A DNA stretch of 64,000 bases, from positions 1,306,205 through 1,370,204 of the forward strand of contig ML996692.1 of assembly GCA_010356995.1 (NCBI GenBank), written 5' to 3'. The translations under genes were made by a program, and so were the position numbers. The notes under the pieces were generated by a model. The model was given only the letters and a program-made list of their open reading frames with translations, was not told the DNA's origin and did no database searches. Positions 1-11,253 of this stretch are shown here, in pieces. Within the stretch, counting starts at the first letter, position 1; every line of letters starts with the position of its first letter. Origin of the DNA: Trichodelitschia bisporula. Lineage: Eukaryota.

Positions 1-279
1 ATTTCCTCCTGCTCCTTCAGCCGTTCAGCGCGAAGCTCGTCACTATCGACTGCTTTTGGGGTCGGGCGCGATTGGGTCAGGCGCGCTTGCCTCTCTTTCG
101 AGGACATGAGATATTTGATCATCGTGTCCAAGGCCACCATGACCACTTGGAGGCGGAATCAGACATGTCCTTTGCCATTTTTTCGAGGTGTGATTATTCG
201 AGTTGAGGTTGATGGATTGTGATGGATTGTGATGAAGGACCGTAAACGTTGATTGGGTCGTAGCATTTATATACGTGCG

Positions 280-1124
280 GTCGCAGCCACCGCAGCATAG
301 AGTAGCAAAAGACAAAAAATATTTTACTCCACCCCAGAAGATCCACTTGTCTTGCCACGCGCGACGCTCAACCCGTCGGATGGTGTGGCCGCTGATACCC
401 AGCGTGTTACCGACGCTATACAGCTTGCGCTGCGTGCCCTTGAGCATCTCGCGCTGCTGTCCAAGCCCCGCGAGCACATCGGCCCCACGCTCGAGGAACT
501 CGTCGATCTGCGTGTGCGTCTGCTGGAAGAAAGTCTGTTCGCGCAGGGCGTGCGCCTCGCGGGGAGCATCCGCCGGCGCCGCCCCAAAAGCAGAAGCGTG
601 GCCACCGTAGCGGCCCTGCGCCGTGGACGAGCCGGCGTAGGGGTTCTCCGGTGTAGCGGCATGGTGTGGACGGCGACCAAGCAGCTCAGTGCGGGCCTGT
701 GTTGTTTGCTACAGCGGTCAGCTTAGTCGAGGGCGAGGCGGAAATGACGCACTGTCTCTTCGGCCTCCCGCTTAGTGTGTTCCAAACGAGCGCGATAATC
801 GGTCAGCTCGGCGCGGAAGGTCTTCACGCGCTCGAAGGCCTATGTTTGCTTCTCTGTCACGAGCTCCTGCTTGACTAACTTGTTGTAGTCGTCAATGGTG
901 CGTGAAAAGGACGCGAGTGAGGCGTTGATCTGGCCTGTGCTGGTTAGACAACTCGATGACCTCCCGAAAGGAAACGGTACGCACCGAGAAGCGCCGGTGA
1001 TGATTGCGCCCCCTCCGCCAGCGTGTCCAGGTCTCTGCGGATCGATGAGCCTTGCCGCAGCACCGAGTGTAGAGCGCGTTCTAGCATGTTAGCGTCGGCA
1101 TAGATGCTGTGAAAGACATACCAT
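280..1124 (-). pseudogene. BOS1: BOS1-like ER-Golgi SNARE, disrupted copy
   Basis: Model: ATG 1124, introns 1081-1121, 935-984, 709-752. Translation gives 'SIRRDLD...GQINASLASFSRTIDDY...ARTELLGRRPHHAATPENPY...QREMLKGTQRKLYSVGNTLGISGHTIRRVERRAWQDKWIFWGG', typical of fungal Bos1. Lesions: frameshift near 1067, in-frame TAG at 840-842, frameshift in the TM segment near 320, no stop after 'LRWLR'. Confidence 0.85.
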
Positions 1125-1413
1125 GGCGAAAAGGAACTGGTTCGCCCGTCGCGTGAATGCTTGTGGTGTCTGGGAGCATAGCAATGTCCACCTGTTCGTA
1201 CGAACATTTTGATAGGGGTTAACGTCGCTGGTCGCTTTCAGGCGCCGAGGCATCAGTGGAAATCAGCCTTACGGGGCCACGGGGGCCCAAGCACTCTGCG
1301 GGCAATATATCGACTTGACGACATGCAATACATCGGCTTCGATTCGAGATCAAAATGCACGATGGCGAAAACATGTCGACGATGCTCGTTCAACGACAGC
1401 TTGTCAGACCAGC

Positions 1414-2709
1414 ATGGCTCTCGTAGCATGGCTCTTGTTGTCCCTCGCTGCGTCACTGAGCGCGCAGACCTCTCCCTTCGCAACTGGCAACTGTTCGTGG
1501 CCCGCACCAGCATGGCAAGGCGTCGGCACTGCGGTCGAGCGACGGATCTCCGATCCCGAGCTCCAGAGTCTCCTTAATGCCGTCGATCCGGCCCGCATAA
1601 GGCACACGGTGGAAAAACTCGTCTCCTTCGGCACGCGTCACACGCTCTCCACGCAAACCGACCTCAAGCGCGGCATCGGCACCGCACGCGACTGGATCGC
1701 GACGGAGATGCGAGGTTACGCTGCGGCGGCGGGCGTAAGGCTGACCGTGGACACCCCGGGCTACGATCAAGGCGTCGCATCGCACATCCCATTCCCCGTG
1801 CGCATCAGCAACGTCGTTGCAACACTCGAGGGCACGACCGATCCATTGCGCGTCTACGTGGTTGCCGGACACTACGATAGCAGGGTCACAGATGTGAATG
1901 ACTACGAAAGCGACGCGCCTGGAGTCAATGATGATGCCTCGGGCGTGGGTGGTGGGTTTAAACCCGTTATTCCCAGCCCTATCTCATCTCAGCAGTTGTG
2001 ATGGAGCTCTGTCGGATTATCTCTCAGCGGGCCGCCTAAGGCCACCATCATATTCCCCGCCGTAGCCGGCGAGGAGCAAGGCCTCTACGGCTAAGTGTTT
2101 CTAGCGCAGTCGCTGAAGAAGAATGGCACCAATGTCGAGGCCATGCTGAACAACGACATTGTCGGCAGCTCTGCCGGCGCGCGGGGCCAACGCGATGCGC
2201 ACAGCATCCGAGTCTTTGCCTAAGGGCCACCGCTGACCGAATCCGCAGCCGAGGCACGGCGCCGACTAAACATCGGAGGCGAAAACGATTCACCGGCACG
2301 GGAGCTAGCGCGCTTCATCGGTGAGACGCAGCTGCCGGAGATGCGCGCTCAGACGGTATACCGGCTGGACCGCTACCTGCGGGGTGGCGACCACTCTAGC
2401 TTCTTGCAGCAGGGCTATGCGGCTGTTCGCTTCACCGAACCCAATGAGGACTTCGCACACCAGCATCAGGATGTGCGCATGGTCAATAGTAAGCAGTATG
2501 GCGATCTGCCGCAATTCGTCGACTACGACTTCGTTGCTCGCGTAACACGGCTCAATCTCGCCACGCTGTGGTCGCTGGCCAGCGCGCCCGGCAGGCCTCG
2601 CGATGTGGTGATCGACTCTACCACGCTTGCTGATGATAGCCGACTGCACTGGACGAGGAGTGCGGAATCGGACCTCAAGGGGTATGAGATCGTCTGGCGG
2701 AGGAGGTGA
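1414..2709 (+). pseudogene. Secreted M28-family zinc metallopeptidase, disrupted and apparently C-terminally truncated
   Basis: Signal peptide MALVAWLLLSLAASLSA; motifs 'FGTRHT', 'GHYDSR', 'DDASG', 'GEEQGLYG', 'NNDIVG', 'RGGDH', 'HQHQD'. Intron at about 1949-1992. +1 frameshift near 2031; in-frame TAA at 2092-2094 and 2221-2223; ends just after 'GYEIVWR'. Confidence 0.85.
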
Positions 2710-3034
2710 AGATGAATGGGGTTAAGGAGAATGGCACGAATGGGCATGTAAGGTATAGTGGTTGATCGGGTGTTGGGCCGTATGGGTAGATGAGGGTCGG
2801 GTTTGGCGTTTCATAGTTGATATATGTTACGTGGTTTATGTCTGATGCTGATAGTTGAGCGCACTTGGTGATGTTCTGATGCTATATACACGATAGCTGG
2901 TCGGCCGACAGACCTGTCTCCTACTCTCACTAAGCGGTTAGAGTAAGAGTGTCATGGAGGAACGCACATGGGGATATCAGATCGTGATATCAGATCGTGA
3001 ACCATCGTCGAATGATGTCGACTTGGTAGAAGCA

Positions 3035-3250
3035 TTGATATGGGAGGAAGGAGCGTATTACTCTTGGGAAGGAGCATGATGTAATGTGCTGATGACCAGA
3101 GGCAGGAGCATAGGAGGATACTTAACATCATGTATTTTAGTCTCGAGAGTCTGACTTCCCTTCCTCTTCCTCTCGTCTTCACTTCGATCTGCAGTTTTCA
3201 TAGTCGCCTTTGCTCGTGAGAAACCTTTGCTTTCATTATCGAAGACCTTA
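3035..3250 (+). mobile_element. Degenerate dispersed repeat, copy A (possible solo-LTR relic)
   Basis: Shares ordered blocks 'ggaaggagcgt', 'catgatgtaat', 'ggatactt', 'tgtatttNagtctc' and 'ctcgtcttc' with 10260-10470. Confidence 0.55.
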
Positions 3251-3420
3251 CGGTATATATCTATCTCGAAGAAGCACAATTGGCTAACCACCAGTACAAG
3301 CTACCTGAAGTACCCGAAAGACCACGCATACATCCGTACATTTCATCCAACACATCTATATATACTACCTATCCTCCCCAACGCCCAAAGCTGAAAAGAT
3401 ACACGATTACCTCCTAACAC

Positions 3421-5535
3421 TCACCGCACAGCCCCACTAACCCTCCTCCACAAACCCCCCCTTCCCTCCTCCGCAACCTTCCCACTAACATCCCTCCTTC
3501 CAAACCAGCCCCCAGTGGACGCAACATCAACCCCACTCCGACTGACCACCCTCTCCCGCTCAAGCATCCCCTCCCGTTCACGCTCACTCCCCACCCCATC
3601 AGCACCCCCCGTCCATTCAGGCACCGGACTTCGCCCCCCAGCACCCCGGCGTACAACCACAGTCCCACTAACACTCTCCATCTCCTCCGTCTTTCCCCCC
3701 TTCACACCCATCCGTTCCCGCCGTTCCTTTCGCTCCCTCCTCGCCCCCGCCCTCCCTAGGCCCTGCGTCACCTCCCCATGCACACTCCCCTTCATACTCT
3801 GCAACCGCTCCGCCTCGCCTACCGCCCCAGCTCCGCGCCGCACGCCCCTCATCGCAGCCGCTAAATCGCCGTAGAAGCGCGGCTTCGGGGCTGCGGCTTC
3901 CACACTAGCCCCGGGGCTGCTCACAGGCACGGCGTCATACCCCTCCACCCCCGGGCTGGGTGTTGGCGGCGGCGGCGTAGGCGGGTGCATGCGCAATGGC
4001 TGCGGCGGAGCGGAGAGGAATGCCTTGGCACGAGCCGTCAGCCCTGCAGCTTGCTGAGGCACCTGCGGCTCATCATCGTACTCGTCGTCCGAAGCCGGGG
4101 CGGCGTGCGGTGCGGCAGCCGTGAGCTCGTCGTCGTCCGAGGGGTAAGCTTCGTAGTTCTCGGACATAGAGTTGGGTGGGGGGGACGTGGCGAGGACGAA
4201 CCAGTTTGCTGCGTCGGAGGCTCCGGCGGAGGAGTGTTTTAGGGGGGATGTGGGGGGTGAGGCAGTGGCGCTTGCCCGTTTAGTGATGCGTGGGAGGGAG
4301 GGGATGGGGGACATGCGGTCTGGGGTTGGGGAGGGGGGAGGTATTTCCTGCGAGAGGGTTGAGCCGCGTTTTGGTGTGTTGGAGTTGCGTTTGGGTGGGC
4401 TAGCACCGGAGCCGGGCTGCGGTTGCTGGGAGAGTCTGTGCCGGGCGGTGCTCGGGTTGTGCGGGTTGAAAGTTGCGTTTCCGGGGTCGGCGCGCGTGCC
4501 GAAGAATGACACGGGCCGCGACTGGGGCTGGTGCGTGTGGAAATCGTTTTGCGTGGGGATGAGCGGGGGCCGGTCGTAGCTGCGGGTGCTCACCGAGGAC
4601 ACGGCGCTGCTGGCAGTCAGTGCGGACCAGCGCTTCACGTCTTTGATGTGGATTATTGGGATGGTGGAGGAGGAGGTGCTGGCGTTGCTGTTCTTGTACG
4701 CGTGCTTCAAGTGCTTGGGCCGGGCTGTGAGGTTGTCTTCCAGCGGGTTCATGTCGGGTGGGAGGCGGTTTATTTGCCGGAATTTGATCAGGAGGTATAT
4801 TGATATCCCCGCTGCGAAGAGATGCAGCCCTGCACTTGAGATGGCGATTATCCACGACGCGGTAAGCAGTGTGTCTGTGGCTCCAGGTGCGGTGAACAGA
4901 CTCCGCCACCGACCCGGCGCGCCTTCGGCGGCGATGGCATTGCTCCGTGCCAGCAGCGCTGTGAACACGTAGAACGCGATAAGGCACACGTCCATTACTA
5001 GCGCGAAGAGGTGGTAGCTTGCTGCGCTGCCCGGGGGTCGACGCGTAGGTGCGCGGGCAAGGTGGTACAGTGCATAGAGGGTTATTGTGATATCAACTGC
5101 CGGCTAGGGGGGGTTAGCTTCTAGTTTCTAGGCTCGCTGTCGCTCGCTGGGGGAGGTGGCACGTACAGGTAACCGCAATATCCATCCCTGCGTATCGCTC
5201 ACGCCCTTCAAACACGCGACGCACACCAGCAATCCAACAGCTGCGAGAAGGGCCAGCACACGGAGAGCGAGTTGCACGCGCCGCGCGCGCTGGATGCGGC
5301 TCTTCGCGTGTGGGCCCACATTGGGGAGGTTTTGAGCGCGTTGCGGGACGACGAGGTAGCTATCTGGATGACGGTTTACGTCTAGCAACGGGCCCTCGGG
5401 CTTTGGGCGTGGAGGCGGAGGGGGCAGAGACGCGCGCTGGGACACGGCCTTTGGGTTGAAGGTGCCGGCGCCGAAGGGGTCGGGGGGGAGGTGCGGGGGG
5501 GGGTCGTAAATGTAGGGTTGGGCTTCGCGTGCCAT
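3421..5535 (-). CDS. Fungal hypothetical membrane protein with N-terminal TM helices and a long Pro/Ser-rich tail
   Basis: ATG 5535 (MAREAQPYIYDPP); intron 5104-5166 (GTACGT...GCTAAC...TAG) joins the two ORFs; several hydrophobic segments followed by 'LPPDMNPLEDNLTAR'. Confidence 0.8.
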
Positions 5536-5807
5536 TTTCCTCAACAATTCCTAGCAGGTAGCTATGGAAAGGAATGCAAGCAAGCAGCTAGCGGTGGGGA
5601 GGAATGAAGCTTAGTTGGGAAGGGAGCAGGGGAGGCGAAGGAATGTATCTTAAGGTTTGCTGGGGAGGAGGCTGAAGTGATGTGATGTTTGCTGCATCGG
5701 TTGCTAGGGTAACGAGCACGCGGCTGATGGGACAGGGGCATGTCTCGCCCAGCTTTATCGCGGCGGCGCTTCCCACCACCACCGCCCAGCATCGAATCTA
5801 CCACACG

Positions 5808-7431
5808 ATGCACCCGATGCGTCTTGCGCGCCTGCCAACGCGCGCCGTGTGCGTGCGCTGCGCAAGCCGCCTCGGTAATGCGCGTGCCAGGGGTCTATCA
5901 ACTTCTTCCTCCTCTAGTACCTCCTCCAGTACCTCCTCCAGTACCTCCGCCTCCCTCACCCACCCGCCGCCCCCCCGGGTCGCAATCATCGGCTCCGGGC
6001 CCGCCGGCTTCTACGCCGCGGGCAAAATGCTCAAAGACGAGCCGGCGCTGCGGGTGGATATGTACGAAGCGCTGCCCGTGCCGTATGGGCTGGTGCGGTA
6101 CGGGGTTGCGCCTGACCATCCGGAAGTCAAGGTTCGGGCCGCTTCCCCCTCCATCCTCCCCTCCCCCCACCTCATCTTCATCCCCCTTCCCCACACCCAC
6201 TTACCCGCGACAGAATTGCACATCCCGCTTCACCGAAATTGCCTCCGATCCGCGCTTCACCTTCATCGGCAACTTGCGCATCGGAGCCGACGTCCCCCTC
6301 CACTCCCTGCAGACGCATTATTCCGCCCTACTCCTTGCGTACGGCGCCGCGCGCGATCGCCGCTTACATATCCCCGGCGAAGACTTGCAAGGCGTGTATT
6401 CGGCCAGGGACTTCGTAGCGTGGTACAACGGGCACCCGTCTGCCTCGTCCCTGTCCCCGCTCCTCGATGCCCCCGACGCAGTCGTCATCGGCCAAGGGAA
6501 CGTCGCGCTGGACGTAGCGCGCATCCTGCTTTCGCCTGTGGACGCGCTAAGGCGGACGGATATGCCAGAGTATGCGCTGCAGGCTTTGGCCGAGAGTCGG
6601 GTTAGGAATGTGCGGCTGGTGGGACGGAGGGGCGTGATGCAGGCGGCGTGGACGATCAAGGAGGTGCGGGAACTACTCACACTCGAGGGCGCCGGTGTGG
6701 TGCCTGTGCCACGAGCAATGCTGCCGGAAAATACGAAAGTGCTCCCGCGGGCGCAGCGGAGGATTGCGGATTTGCTGGTTAAGCACACGGCCGAGCCTGC
6801 GCCGGGAGACCGGGTAGCAAGGTTGGACTTCCTCCGCTCGCCGGTTGAGTTGAGGCCTGATAACGCAAGCCTGGGGAGGGTAGGCAGCGTAAAGTTCCAA
6901 GTGAACGAATACGTCCCCGGCGCGGACCCTCTGGACCCGTCCGCGCGCGTACAAGCTGTGGACGCGCCGGAGGAAGTGGTGCCTGCCAATGCGGTGTTCC
7001 GGAGTATTGGATATGCGGCTGAGCCCATAGCCGGGTTGGACGAGGCGGGGGTTGGGTTTGATGGGAGGAGGGGGTTGATTCCGAATGCTGAGGGACGGGT
7101 AAAGGGCCCAGGGGGTGAGGAGGTAGGGGGTGTTTATGTCGCGGGGTGGGTGAAGCGCGGGCCGACCGGCGTGATAGCGAGCACTATGGCGGATGGGTTT
7201 GCGAGTGCTGATACTGTGGTCAACGACTTGAGGGCGGGACTGGGATTGGGGGGAACGGGGTTGGGGTGGGAGGGGGTGAGAAAGGAGGTCGAGGGGAAGG
7301 GGGTGATGTGGACTGGGTGGCGGGAGTGGGAGGCTATTGACGAAGTGGAGAGGGAGAGGGGGAAGGCTTTGGGGAAGGAGAGGGAGAAGATTGTGGATAT
7401 TGAGGAGATGTTGAGGGTTGCGGGGCGGTGA
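5808..7431 (+). CDS. ARH1: Mitochondrial NADPH:adrenodoxin (ferredoxin) reductase
   Basis: Arg-rich presequence; FAD motif '[10 protein letters not shown]'; '[15 protein letters not shown]'; NADPH motif '[11 protein letters not shown]'; '[11 protein letters not shown]'. Intron 6132-6213. Confidence 0.93.
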
Positions 7432-7756
7432 TGGGGGAGAGGACATGATTGATGACAACTGCATATGGAGCGGATAGACGACCACGGTATACGGTCTTGC
7501 ATCTTGGTGGCGCAAGGATGGCATGCTATGATAGACGAGATGAAACGATTCTGCTCACGCTTCAAACTTATCACGCACGAATGATGCTTTTCACACTGGG
7601 TGGTCATGCGCCATGTAGACACGAGAAGCCAATCCATTGAACGCCCTAGTTCTCAGGAAGCCAGTGGAAAAACACCACATCCCCTAAAATCCATCAGTCA
7701 TAAAGCCTAATCCATTGGGTATCAACCTCCTCAAACGCCATTCCCCCCAGTCCCAA

Positions 7757-8806
7757 TCACCGCCCGCTCCTCGCCGGATCATGCAACTCATACGGTGGCG
7801 GCGGTTCACTCGGCAAACTCTCCATCGTCCGGCCCCTGGCCCTCTCCACAACCTCAAACTCGCTCTTAACACCCTCCTCCGCCGCCCCGTCAAACTGTGT
7901 CTCCGCCTCCAGGACCAGTGCATCCCACACCCCCCTCCCCAGCCCCGAGGCCGTAAGCACATTAACCCTCCCCTCCGCCCCCAGCGCCACGGGCCCAAAC
8001 GCAAACCTCGCGAATTGTGTCCCAGACCCCGCGAGCGAAAACGCCATATGCGTCCTCAGATACGCATCCAAGCCGCGTGTAAACGGCCCCACCACACCTC
8101 TCCCCTCCCTCATCTCCTCCCCCTCCCTCCCCCTCTCCACAAACCCAGCCAAATCCCCGCTTTGGAGCGTAACATTAACCCCCCTCACCAACCCCCCCGC
8201 ACTCGGAAACGCAATCTGCACAGCAAGACCCTTCTGCACATCCCACCCCTCCCCCTCATACCCCGCAACCAGCGTCTCCAGTCGCTGAGCCATAAACGAG
8301 CTCGAGAGAGCGCACGCCCCGACCCTTGCGTCGAATGTCTCGCTGATGAAAGCGAGGAGGGCGGTGCGGGTCCCGGCTGGCATGCGCGTTGCGAGGAGCG
8401 GGAAGGGGGTGAAGCCCTTCACGGCCGGGCCGCGCGCCGAGCGCAGGAATACGGCGATGTAGGTCGCACGCTCGTAGTGTAGACGGAGGAGCATGCCTTT
8501 CGCATCGGCCGGATCCAGCGGGGGCAGCGGGGGAAGCGTCTCCTCCTGCTCCTCGTCGTCTGAGTCCGGAGGGTGCTCGCGCGCCCACCGCGCCTCATCG
8601 CCGAGCCATTCCCAGGCTATTTGCCGCAGCGCGCCGGCGGCACTGGTGTTTTCGGGGGTTTCGAGTTGGACGCCGCGGAGGGTGTTGGCGAGGGTGTCTT
8701 GGAGGCGTTTGGCGAGGGGCGGGAGGAGGAGCGGAGCGGGTGTGTGGAGGGGGGAGAGGCGGTGGAGGGTGTAGCTGGTGGTGTAGAGGGGGTATGGATC
8801 TGACAT
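7757..8806 (-). CDS. Kinetochore Sim4/CCAN subunit, CENP-L/Fta1-like
   Basis: 349-aa single-exon ORF; N-terminal 'YPLYTTSYTLHRLSPL', 'FPLLATRMP' and 'GPF...YL..H' resemble fungal CENP-L proteins (recalled similarity). Confidence 0.7.
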   Translation of the reverse strand: MSDPYPLYTTSYTLHRLSPLHTPAPLLLPPLAKRLQDTLANTLRGVQLETPENTSAAGALRQIAWEWLGDEARWAREHPPDSDDEEQEETLPPLPPLDPADAKGMLLRLHYERATYIAVFLRSARGPAVKGFTPFPLLATRMPAGTRTALLAFISETFDARVGACALSSSFMAQRLETLVAGYEGEGWDVQKGLAVQIAFPSAGGLVRGVNVTLQSGDLAGFVERGREGEEMREGRGVVGPFTRGLDAYLRTHMAFSLAGSGTQFARFAFGPVALGAEGRVNVLTASGLGRGVWDALVLEAETQFDGAAEEGVKSEFEVVERARGRTMESLPSEPPPPYELHDPARSGR

Positions 8807-10109
8807 TTGGCGATTGTGGGATTTGGATGGAGTGCGGGGTGGATTGGTGGTATTTGGTTGCGGGGTGTTGGTGGGGACGCGACGCGTTGACGTTGGTGGT
8901 GTGGCGCGGGTGGCGGTGCGGTTGCCTTATCGGGAAGGGTACAAGTTGATATTGACGATGGAGTTTTTGGACAGCTTCTGGTGAGATACTCGGGGTTCTG
9001 CTTTGTGAGAATGCCCGTGGCATTGATCCAGCTGTGATCTGCTAAAATTCAAGCGAACTGAAAGCTTGACTGATTTTAAGCGTCGTGATTTTGGGTTCGA
9101 AACACTATTTTAACCGATCGGTTTGCGATATTGAGTTTAAGACATTTCATTTGCACCATAGGGATTTCAGCATGCTCAAAAAGTTTTGACGCCTTTAAGG
9201 AGAAATTCACATTCTTCTTTGCTCGACCTCGTGAGCCAGCGAAGGCTTTGATATGTTCGTGACGAAACGAACTTTGGCCATGGAACCCTCTGAGAACCTC
9301 CAGTATTTGAACCGAGATATATTGCATTCCTATCACATCCGACAGATTTGGGAAGTCTACGTCAAAGTTGCTTGATAGGTGACATGCTCGAAGAAAGTAT
9401 TCTGTGCTTCTCACACCGCAAGCCCGAACTTGCCCGCCTGGGCTTCGGTCATCCAGGACAGAACTGCCCTGAACCGTACCGAAGTAAAGCTCGTCACCAA
9501 CCCACTCGACAACCTGATCAGTAAGGGGAAAGCCGTCGGACTATGTTGGTGTAGTCCGGATGCCTGTCAGTCGGCTTCGATTGTCTATCTCTTTGCATGC
9601 GCGGATTGAGGAGTTCGTGGAGCCTTCCTCGGCGTCGATGTGGATGCGCGATCCCGAGGGGAATTACGATTCTTAGCGTGCTCTGACTGCCAACTAGCTG
9701 GTGTGGATCTCAGATTTTCAAGCTGGGGAGCTCGAAATTAGTCTGATGCCTCTAACTGCAGTCCGTGACAGAGACGAGAGCCGTACTCTCCTCTTCGTGT
9801 AAGCCGAACATGCTCAGCCAACTTCTCCTCTAGCGGGCGAGGAGACTCTCCACGTCTGTCTTCCAGGGCGCGCTGACCGGCTTAAGCTACGGCATGCTTG
9901 CCTCAGAAGTAGCCTTCGCGGTGCGAGCCTCCGCGAGGTTGGCTTCCGAGACAGACCGCGGCTTTTCGACTTCCGCATTCGTGAACTTGAGGGTAGGGAC
10001 TGAGGGCCTGTGAGCTATCGGATGGATTGGAGTATGCGCAGTCATTCTATGCACGCCATTTGTCCCGGTGTAAAGTGCTTGATTTAGGGTCGTGAGCGAG
10101 ATACTGAGA

Positions 10110-10470
10110 TCCGGCGCTGCTCGCGATATAGAACGAAGTTGCTCGGTGTACATACCCTCTCCTGTTACTTGGGATATTCAGACAGAGGCCTTCATCCGGT
10201 CCAGTTTCCTTTGGCTTTCGTAATCCAACACCGAGAAACGGGAGAGCGTCCAGCTCCGATGTGGACATGGAAGGAGCGTTGTTATGCCCGGAAGGAACGT
10301 ACGGAGGGACATGATGTAATCAGCGCATGATAGAAGGAAGGGGTAAAGCAGGATACTTGATATCGTGTATTTAAGTCTCACGAGTCTCTGACCCTTTTCC
10401 TCTCCTCGTCTTCTACTTCAATCTTCAGTGTACACAGTTGTCATTGCCTGTGTAAGAGCCTTGCTCCCAT
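10110..10470 (+). mobile_element. Degenerate dispersed repeat, copy B (possible solo-LTR relic)
   Basis: Similar to 3035-3250 and to the reverse complement of 52010-52290; has TATA-like 'gtatttaag' followed by a pyrimidine tract, as in fungal LTR U3/R regions. Confidence 0.55.
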
Positions 10471-11253
10471 CAAGCTCGAGGGACCGGACCGACCCCTATT
10501 CAAACACCGCTAAGATAGGGATCAAAGCTCGCAGATCGGCATCCTCCCCGACATTCTTCTCGGCTCACTGTTCCTTTATCGATTAAAACGACTTTGATAT
10601 TCTGTGAAATGTCGCTTAAAAGCACGCAAGTGTTGAAGAAAACCCCTCTGGGGTAAGGCTGGCGACACGTCACCTTGCGGGTAGACATTTACAATCCCCA
10701 GCTCCGCGCCTGACGACAACGCATCACCGCCCTCGCGACCGATCGCCGCCAGCAAATGCATCCATCACACCGACTCCCCCACAAACCCGCGAACTCATTT
10801 CGCGCGCCCCAGCGTAGAGTAAACAAATCGGCCGCCAAGTCAGCCTTCGCACGTGAGTTCGATGATGGGTGGTGATGGGTGGCTGGGAGCTCAGGGTGGG
10901 GAGAAAGTGGAGGGGAGGCTGGGTGTGGTGGGAGGGGGAGAAGATGGGGGGAGCTCGCTCGCCCACCCTCCCCCGGCGCTTCCACCAGAAGCAAAACAAA
11001 ACAACGACACCAACCACCCCCATCCATCAGCCTACGTACCTCCCACCCCACCACAACAACACCACAACGCGCACCCTCGAGTCGCATCGCATCTCTACTC
11101 CAAATAGTCGCATCTAGCTTCAGCTACGCGCATCGAGGTCGCCGCCGCCGCCTCTCCATCACCGTTAGCCCAACGCCCTCGCGCAACCCAACCGCCTCGC
11201 TATCGCATCCACGCCGCCATCGCGCATCACCATCTCCCATCCCGTCGCGCATC

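Noticed and set aside
9000..10100. Lower-GC stretch with short ORFs, possibly a transposon or gene relic
   Set aside because: No frame I translated gave a recognisable motif; a BLASTX search would be needed.
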